Assembly (NCBI GenBank): GCA_964472515.1 | Contig: CAYYMW010000020.1 | Span: 1-33,958 of the forward strand | Length of the DNA: 33,958 nt | Source: an uncultured Verrucomicrobiota bacterium | GTDB lineage: Bacteria > Verrucomicrobiota > Verrucomicrobiia > Limisphaerales > J093 | Direction: 5' to 3' | Part shown: one piece after another, positions 27,513-33,958 of the stretch | Position numbering within the stretch: the first letter of the stretch is position 1 | How the letters are laid out: the number at the start of each line of letters is the position of its first letter | The notes under the pieces: model-generated | What the model saw: only the letters and a program-made list of their open reading frames with translations | What the model was told of the DNA's origin: nothing | Databases searched by the model: none | Program-made: the position numbers and the translations under genes

Positions 27513-30500
27513 ATGGCCGACGCCGTTCCGAAAACCGAAGCCGCGGCTCCGCCGTCACCGGAGTCCGTCGCACCCTCCCTTGAACAAGGGACCTACGAGA
27601 TCCTCCGCGCCCGACTGACCAAGCACGGCGCCGATCTACGCGAACGCCTGGCGAAGCTCAACCAGGCGCGCCAGGAGGTCTTCGGCACCATCCACACCTC
27701 GCTCGTCGCCACCGAACGGGTCACGACCCGCAACAATTGCGTGCCGCGCGACATGGTGGCGGTGGATGGGAACCAGTTCCTGTTCGGATACAACGTCCAG
27801 TTCGGGTTGCGCAGCGACATTCAGTTGGCCGACGTCTTCGCCCTCTACGAACACCGGGATCACCATTTTGCCGAGCTCCCGCTCGATGCGTTGTCGGTGG
27901 AGCAGTTCGAGACCGACTTCAAGACCCTCTACCGTTACTACCGCAACACGGTCTTCACCAAGTTCTCCCTCGTTGGCCCCCATCTCTACATGGTCTTCCG
28001 CACGGGCAAGAGCCTGGACGACATCAAGACGTTCAAGTGGCTCTGCCAGGACGGCAAGCTGACCTATCTGGGCAACCGGTTCGACCACGAGTTCAAGTAT
28101 CCCGCCCAGCACGAGTTCGCCTGGACGCGCACCCACCGTGAACTCCACCGCCAGGGCCTCCACCCTCACATTTCGATCGAAGATCGCCTGTTTGTCGAGT
28201 GCATCGGCGGCGACCTGACCATCAAGGTCGAGGACAACACCGACACGGGCGAAGGCATCTACGCCGAACCGGTGGAGCACGTGGACCAGACGCTGGACGA
28301 TGCCGAGATTTTCTACTCCGTGGTCGGTCATCTGGTCCTGCTCAAGATTCGTCCCTACCAGGAGAAGGCGTCCCGGTATTTGGTCTACAACGAGAAGATC
28401 AAGGAAGTGCGCCGCATCGATGCCATCGCCGATGCCTGCGTGCTCCTGCCCGACAGCCAGGGCATCATTTTCCCCTCGGGCTACTACCTGCAGAGCGGCG
28501 AGTTCAAGCTCTTTGACACCGAGCTGAAGGACATGATGTTCTACCGGCGCATCGCGGCGCCCAACGGCGAGGATATCCTGCACGCCTTCCACAACCGCGA
28601 AAGCGGTCACCACGTGCTGCTGTCCTACAACCAGATTGCCCACACGGTCGAAGTACCCATTGTCTGCGGCGGCTTCTCCTTGTTCGAAGACGGCGAGATG
28701 GCCTTGTTTCTGCCCTCCGCCGAGCCCCAGAGGCATCACAGCATCCAGATCTGGCAGACTCCCTACGTGGGTTTGTCCTGGCGGCCGGAGGTCAAGACCG
28801 GGTCCTATCTGGGCAAACTCGGAAACCCCGCGCTCGTCCGCTGCCTGGCCGAATGTCATGAGGTCCTCACCTTGCTGGGCAAGGATGACACCTATGCCGG
28901 GCTGTACCTCGATTTGGTCAAGCAGACCGGCGACCTGATCGATGCTCATTTCTGGCTCGACCGCCCCGAGGCCTTCCAAATCCGGGAGCCGTTGTCGGAG
29001 ATACGCGCCGCCGCCAGCAGCGCGCTCGCCGAATTCGACAAAGTCGTACACCTGCGCCGCAAGGCGGCCGCCGAACTCTCGCGCGTCACCGCCAAAGTCA
29101 CCGAGACGTTGCGCGGGGTTCAGCGCGACCGGTTCGAGGAGATAGGCCGTTTCGTCCAGCGGTTGACCGAACTTCGCAGCCTGCGCGGCGAGCTCATCTC
29201 CCTGAAGGAGGTGCGGTACATCGATGTGGCGGTGCTGGACAAGCAGGAGCAGGAGGTCCGCGCCGCCGGAGACCAGTTGGCTCAGAAGACGGTCGTCTTC
29301 CTGTTGAAGCCGGAGGCGTTGCTTCCCTTCCGGCAACGGGGCGAAGCGCTGCGGGACGCGGTGCCCGGGCTGGCGAAGGCCACCGACGCCCGGCAGCACG
29401 AGGAGCAGCTCAACGCCGCTGCCGCCGATCTTGATCTCCTGGTGCAGACCGTCACCAACCTCAAGATCCAGGACGCCACGGAGTCGACCCGCATCGTGGA
29501 GAACATCTCCTCCCTCTATGTGGTGCTTAACCAGGCGCGGGCCGCCCTCAAGCAGCGCCTCCGGGCGTTGCGCGGCACCGAGGCGGCCGCAGAGTTCGCC
29601 TCGCAGATGCGCATGTTGGACCAGGGGTTGGCCAACTACCTGGATTTGTGCGGCACGCCGGAGAAGTGCGACGAGCACCTCAACCGGTTGCTGGTGCAGG
29701 TGGAGGAACTGGAGGCGCGCTTCTCGGATTTCGACGAATACGTCGTTCAGTTGGCCGAGAAGCGGGGCGCATTGGCCAGCGCTTTCGAGGGACGGAAAGT
29801 GGAGCTTGTCGAGGCCCGCAACCGCCGCGCGAATGCGCTGCTCACGGCCGCGGAGCGCATCCTGAAGGGCATCGCCGGCCGGGCCGGGCAGCTGGCCGGT
29901 TTGGACGAGATCAACGCGTACTTCGCCTCCGATCACATGGTGGAGAAGGTGCGCGATCTCGTGCGCCAATTGCTCGAAATGGGCGACACCGTCAAGGCGG
30001 AGGATCTGCAGACCCGGCTCAAGACGATTCACGAGGAAGCGGTTCGCCAATTCAAGGACCGACAGGAACTCTTCGCCGGCGGGAAGGACGTCATTCAGTT
30101 GGGCAGACATCAGTTCCGGGTCAACACCCAGGAATTGGCGCTGACGGTGGTCCAACGGGGCGAGAACCTCTGCCTGCACGCCACGGGAACGGGCTTCTTC
30201 GAGCCCATCGAAGATCAGGAGCTGCGGTCCGCGCAGAGTGTCTGGAATTTGGAGACTGGGGCGGAGACTCCGGAGGTCTACCGGGGCGAGCATCTGGCCG
30301 GGCACGTGTTCGAGGAGTTCGAGCGGGGGGGAGGCTTGGAGGCGGCGGGCCAGCTCAGCCCGGCGGACTTGGAGGAGAGAGTGCGCGCTTTCATGCTTCC
30401 GCGTTTCCGCGAGGGCTATGTCAAGGGGGTGCATGACTACGATGCCAGTCTCATCCTCAGGGCGTTGCTTGAACTGCATGCGCGGCTTGGGCTCCTGCGC

Positions 30501-32759
30501 TACAGCCCTCGATCCCGCGCTCTGGCGGGTGTCTTCTGGGACCTGTTTCCAGAAGGCGATAACAAGGCTCTGCTGCTGGGCAAAGTGCAGGGTCATGGGA
30601 CCATCGAAAAGCACTTCGAGCATCACAACGCCGCGGAAGCCTGCCAGCCGGAGTTGGAGCGGCTCATCGCCGATTTTGCGAGCCGCACCCGGCTTTTCGA
30701 CGCGGAGTGGGTGCCGGATGCGGCGGAGTATCTGGCCCGCCAGTTGGCGCAGGGGGGACGAACCGTGGTCAGCGCCCAGGCCATGGAGCTTTGCGCCGGC
30801 TTCGAGCGTCACATGCAAACCCAGCGGTTCACGGACGCCTTTCGCGCCGCGCGCCAGGCGGTCGAAAGCGATCCGGTGACGCTCTACACCTTGCTGCGGG
30901 ATTGGCTCCGCGGTTACGTGGGGGTGACGGCGTTGGCTCCCCAGCCGGGCTTCATCGACGAAGCGGCCTGGCTGCTGCTGCGAGGCTCCCGCGTTCCCGG
31001 AGAGACCATCGATGCTTCGGCGGTGCATGAATTGGAGGGGTTGCGTGGGACTCATCCCCGGGTGCAGCAGGGCCGGCTGCGGCTTGACTATCACGATTTC
31101 GTGCGGCGCTTGCGCCATCACGAAAAGGTGGTCTCCCCTCAGTATGAGCGTTGCCAACTGCTCAAGAAGAAGGCCGTCGATGCGGCCGCCGAACGCCTGC
31201 GACTGGACGAGCTCAAGCCCCGCGTGCTGACGACCTTCGTGCGCAACCGGCTGATTGACACCGTCTATCTGCCCTTGGTGGGGGACAACCTCGCCAAGCA
31301 ACTCGGAGCCGCCGGCGAGGCCAAGCGTACGGATCGCATGGGGATGTTGTTGCTCATCTCCCCGCCGGGCTACGGCAAGACGACCCTGGTGGAGTACCTC
31401 GCCAACCGTCTGGGACTCGTCTTCGTCAAGATCAATGGCCCCGCCATCGGCCATCGGGTAACTTCCCTTGATCCGGCCGAGGCCACCAACAGCGCCGCCC
31501 GGGAGGAGTTGGCCAGGCTCAACCTCGCCTTCGAGATGGGCGACAACCTCATGGTCTGCTTGGATGACATCCAGCATCTGAATCCCGAGTTCCTGCAGAA
31601 GTTCATCTCGCTCTGCGACGCCCAGCGGCGCATCGAGGGCGTTTACCAAGGCAAGCCGCGGGCGTACGACCTGCGCGGCCGCAAGGTGGCCATCGTCATG
31701 GCGGGCAACCCTTACACCGAGAGTGGCGAGCGGTTCCGGATTCCGGACATGCTCGCCAACCGGGCGGATACCTACAATCTTGGCGACGTGATCGGCGGTC
31801 ACGAGCAGGTCTTCCAGCTCAGCTATCTTGAAAACGCCGCCGGTTCAAACCCCACGCTGGCCCGGTTGGCGGGCCGCCATCCCAAGGATTTGCACGCGCT
31901 CATCCAATTGGCCACCCAGGGGACACGCGAAGGGGTCGAGTTCGAAGCCCAGTATTCCCCGGAGGAGCTGAGTGAGTTCGTGAACGTGATGCGCAAGCTC
32001 ATGCGCGTTCGGGACGTGGTGTTGCGGGTGAACGAGGCCTACATTCGCTCCGCCGCCCAGGCCGACGCCTACCGCACCGAACCTCCCTTCAGACTCCAGG
32101 GTTCCTACCGCAACATGAACCGGCTGGCCGAGAAAGTCTCCCCGGTCATGAACGATGCGGAAATCGAGGGCCTGCTCCAATCGCATTACCGCAACGAGGC
32201 TCAAACCCTGACCCAAGGGGCTGAGGCCAGTCTGTTGAAGTTCCGCGAACTCAGCGGCGCGCTGACGCCGGCGGAGGCCGGGCGATGGGAGGAGATCAAG
32301 AAGACCTTTCGCAAGAACCTGCTCTTTCGTGCCGGGGACGAGCAGGATCCCGTGGGACAGGTGGTCCGGCAGCTATCCGCGTTCCATGATGGGCTGGATT
32401 CGATTCGCGAGGTGCTGTCCGAGGCCGCCAACCGTCCCGCGCCTCCGCCTGCGCCACTTCCTCCGCCCCCCGCGCCGGTCACGTTGATTGTGGCCCCGCC
32501 TGCGCCTCCGCTCCCGCTCATCCCCCCGGCGACCACCGCCCCTGCGGTTTCGTCCCCCGCGCCGCCCATTTCCGTGAGCGACGGGGTGCGTGAGGTGCGC
32601 ATTACTCCGGAGACGCTTCGAAGAATCTGGGACTTGATCGAGCAGCAGGTCGCCGCCAAGGACGGGCCGGTTTCGTCGGAACCCCAGATGACGGTGCAGA
32701 TGCCGGGAGTCATGAGTACGGGAGAGGCCAGCGGCAAGAACCCTCCGGGCAAGGTCTAG
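27513..32759 (+). CDS. Giant (1748-aa) protein with C-terminal MoxR/AAA_5-type ATPase domain and Pro-rich tail
   Basis: Continuous ORF with gene-like composition. Around nt 31359-31385 there is a Walker A (LLLISPPGYGKTTL). Walker B/DD box is MVCLDDIQHLNPEFLQKF. Sensor-1/Arg-finger region VAIVMAGNPYTESGERFRIPDMLANRADTYNL matches the AAA_5 (MoxR/dynein-like) pattern. The N-terminal ~450 aa is unassigned, the middle is helical, and the C-terminal tail is PAPPPAPLPPPPAP... It lies 95 nt downstream of the flotillin gene on the same strand. Confidence 0.8.
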   Translation: MADAVPKTEAAAPPSPESVAPSLEQGTYEILRARLTKHGADLRERLAKLNQARQEVFGTIHTSLVATERVTTRNNCVPRDMVAVDGNQFLFGYNVQFGLRSDIQLADVFALYEHRDHHFAELPLDALSVEQFETDFKTLYRYYRNTVFTKFSLVGPHLYMVFRTGKSLDDIKTFKWLCQDGKLTYLGNRFDHEFKYPAQHEFAWTRTHRELHRQGLHPHISIEDRLFVECIGGDLTIKVEDNTDTGEGIYAEPVEHVDQTLDDAEIFYSVVGHLVLLKIRPYQEKASRYLVYNEKIKEVRRIDAIADACVLLPDSQGIIFPSGYYLQSGEFKLFDTELKDMMFYRRIAAPNGEDILHAFHNRESGHHVLLSYNQIAHTVEVPIVCGGFSLFEDGEMALFLPSAEPQRHHSIQIWQTPYVGLSWRPEVKTGSYLGKLGNPALVRCLAECHEVLTLLGKDDTYAGLYLDLVKQTGDLIDAHFWLDRPEAFQIREPLSEIRAAASSALAEFDKVVHLRRKAAAELSRVTAKVTETLRGVQRDRFEEIGRFVQRLTELRSLRGELISLKEVRYIDVAVLDKQEQEVRAAGDQLAQKTVVFLLKPEALLPFRQRGEALRDAVPGLAKATDARQHEEQLNAAAADLDLLVQTVTNLKIQDATESTRIVENISSLYVVLNQARAALKQRLRALRGTEAAAEFASQMRMLDQGLANYLDLCGTPEKCDEHLNRLLVQVEELEARFSDFDEYVVQLAEKRGALASAFEGRKVELVEARNRRANALLTAAERILKGIAGRAGQLAGLDEINAYFASDHMVEKVRDLVRQLLEMGDTVKAEDLQTRLKTIHEEAVRQFKDRQELFAGGKDVIQLGRHQFRVNTQELALTVVQRGENLCLHATGTGFFEPIEDQELRSAQSVWNLETGAETPEVYRGEHLAGHVFEEFERGGGLEAAGQLSPADLEERVRAFMLPRFREGYVKGVHDYDASLILRALLELHARLGLLRYSPRSRALAGVFWDLFPEGDNKALLLGKVQGHGTIEKHFEHHNAAEACQPELERLIADFASRTRLFDAEWVPDAAEYLARQLAQGGRTVVSAQAMELCAGFERHMQTQRFTDAFRAARQAVESDPVTLYTLLRDWLRGYVGVTALAPQPGFIDEAAWLLLRGSRVPGETIDASAVHELEGLRGTHPRVQQGRLRLDYHDFVRRLRHHEKVVSPQYERCQLLKKKAVDAAAERLRLDELKPRVLTTFVRNRLIDTVYLPLVGDNLAKQLGAAGEAKRTDRMGMLLLISPPGYGKTTLVEYLANRLGLVFVKINGPAIGHRVTSLDPAEATNSAAREELARLNLAFEMGDNLMVCLDDIQHLNPEFLQKFISLCDAQRRIEGVYQGKPRAYDLRGRKVAIVMAGNPYTESGERFRIPDMLANRADTYNLGDVIGGHEQVFQLSYLENAAGSNPTLARLAGRHPKDLHALIQLATQGTREGVEFEAQYSPEELSEFVNVMRKLMRVRDVVLRVNEAYIRSAAQADAYRTEPPFRLQGSYRNMNRLAEKVSPVMNDAEIEGLLQSHYRNEAQTLTQGAEASLLKFRELSGALTPAEAGRWEEIKKTFRKNLLFRAGDEQDPVGQVVRQLSAFHDGLDSIREVLSEAANRPAPPPAPLPPPPAPVTLIVAPPAPPLPLIPPATTAPAVSSPAPPISVSDGVREVRITPETLRRIWDLIEQQVAAKDGPVSSEPQMTVQMPGVMSTGEASGKNPPGKV

Positions 32760-32931
32760 GCAGACCCGGCGAAGGCTCAACCGCAGGCGGTTGGGACTTG
32801 CGCTACCCGTGGGTGGTTGCCCGGTCTTCCGAAACCAGATCGACTCCTGTCCGGACTCTCCCGGGCCCGCCGACATCCCGCGCTTGAAGTGCGGGTGGCA
32901 ATCAAGGCAAGATGGCCCCGGCAAGTTACTT

Positions 32932-33681
32932 ATGAAGCGACTGCATCTTCGCAACTGGCTTTGGAGTGGTCTGGTGGCGCTCTGCCTTGCTCTTCCCGGT
33001 GTGAACGGCGCCGACGGGAGCAAGAAGCCTCAACGCCAGACGCTTTTTAACAGGCACAATTTCGAAGGGTGGCGAGCCCCCACCGGGGAGTGGGTTGCGG
33101 CTGGCAAGGCGCCGCTGGATTCTGCGGATGCCCGGTTGTTCCAGATCCAACCCGGCGAGGGAATCCTGGTCAATGGTGCGAAGGGCAAGACGGTGGATTT
33201 GAAGACGGAGGCTGAGTATGGGGACGTGCTCGCGCATGTTGAGTTCGTGGTGCCCAAGGGGTCGAACTCGGGGGTGTATTTCATGGGCCGCTATGAGGTT
33301 CAGGTGTACGACAGCTACGGCGTCGCCCAACCGAAGTACAGCGACTGCGGCGGCATCTACGCCAGTTGCAGCGAGCCCAAGCCCGATTGGCCGGGCTGCC
33401 CGCCCAACCTCAACGCGAGCCGGCAGCCGGGCGAGTGGCAAACCCTGGAGGTTCTGTTTCGCGCCCCCCGGTTTGACGCCCAGGGCCGCAAGACGGAGGA
33501 CGCCCGGTTCGTCAAGGTGCTGTTGAACGGCAAGGTCATCCATGAGAATGTCAAGGTGCCCCGGCCGACCTGCTCGGCGGCCTGGCTGGATGAGCAGCCC
33601 AAAGGCCCCCTCATGCTGCAGGGTGACCACGGCCCCGTGGCCTATCGCAACCTTTGGGTCCAACCCACGATGCTCGAATGA
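32932..33681 (+). CDS. Secreted DUF1080 (3-keto-disaccharide hydrolase-like, LamG/concanavalin fold) protein
   Basis: Signal peptide (MKRLHLRNWLWSGLVALCLALPGVNGA). DUF1080 blocks are NSGVYFMGRYEVQVYDSYG and PLMLQGDHGPVAYRNLWVQP. Start set at ATG 32932; the six-frame ORF opens at TTG 32791. Confidence 0.78.
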   Translation: MKRLHLRNWLWSGLVALCLALPGVNGADGSKKPQRQTLFNRHNFEGWRAPTGEWVAAGKAPLDSADARLFQIQPGEGILVNGAKGKTVDLKTEAEYGDVLAHVEFVVPKGSNSGVYFMGRYEVQVYDSYGVAQPKYSDCGGIYASCSEPKPDWPGCPPNLNASRQPGEWQTLEVLFRAPRFDAQGRKTEDARFVKVLLNGKVIHENVKVPRPTCSAAWLDEQPKGPLMLQGDHGPVAYRNLWVQPTMLE

Positions 33682-33958
33682 GGTCGTTCGCTTGCTGGAT
33701 CGGCCTGCTGGCGGTTGGCCTGTACCTCGGTTTGACGGGCGGACTGTTGGCCGCCAGTCGTGGCGAGACAACGTCGAGCGCGTCCGCGCTTCCCCAGATC
33801 GAGCTTTACGGCCGCCAATGCGTGGAACTCCCGGCGTGGGCTCGCCGTCAGGGGCTGGCGTACAGCTTCAACCGGGAAACGGGTCAGATTGTGTTGTCGC
33901 GGAAGGGGGTGCGGCTCGAGTTCGCCGTGGATTCGCGTCGTTCGGTTATCAATGGGAT
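33677..33958 (+). CDS. Secreted hypothetical protein (5' fragment, continues beyond window)
   Basis: The ATG overlaps the upstream stop as ATGA. It has a signal-peptide-like N-terminus (MRSFACWIGLLAVGLYLGLTGGLLAA). The following domain (LAYSFNRETGQIVLSRKGVRLEFAVDSRRSVING) resembles secreted-protein targeting/stalk domains. It is truncated by the window edge. Confidence 0.45.

Noticed and set aside
27636-31802. 1388-aa minus-strand ORF antisense to the giant AAA protein, and 618-aa ORF 25348..27204 antisense to the flotillin gene
   Set aside because: Antisense stop-free frames of high-GC genes. The sense strands contain SPFH and AAA motifs and the coiled-coil periodicity.

Overview
This is a high-GC (about 65-68%) bacterial chromosomal window in which genes are tightly packed and many are translationally coupled. 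I found no rRNA, tRNA, CRISPR array or IS element.

The left third (62-11379, minus strand) is a single respiratory complex I operon in the order nuoA-B-C-D-H-I-J-K-[extra antiporter-like subunit]-[86-aa membrane protein]-L-M-N. nuoE, nuoF and nuoG are absent between nuoD and nuoH, so this is an 11-core-subunit operon with no N-module in the window, plus an unusual extra NuoM/MrpD-like subunit and a small coupled membrane protein inserted between nuoK and nuoL.

An approximately 800-bp apparently non-coding stretch containing an AT-rich island follows at 11380-12176. Next, on the minus strand, come a secreted ThuA-like protein and a 903-aa secreted TIM-barrel-like putative glycoside hydrolase. 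After these comes a plus-strand REC-PAS-PP2C (SpoIIE/RsbU-type) phosphatase, then a full-length cobalamin-dependent methionine synthase (metH). Convergent with metH is a two-gene minus-strand operon: a threonine-synthase-like gene with an N-terminal zinc ribbon, followed by a cystathionine-gamma-synthase-family gene.

The right third (24536-32759, plus strand) holds the most interesting cassette. It comprises a YqiJ/NfeD-like membrane protein with a His/Asp-rich repeat loop, a 4-nt-coupled long flotillin (SPFH/band-7) protein, and a 1748-aa protein whose C-terminal third carries a MoxR/AAA_5-type ATPase domain and which ends in a Pro-rich tail. The window closes with a DUF1080 (3-keto-disaccharide-hydrolase-like) secreted protein and the start of another secreted protein.

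Most of the long ORFs in the supplied six-frame track that run antisense or out of frame to these genes are stop-free artefacts of the high GC content.
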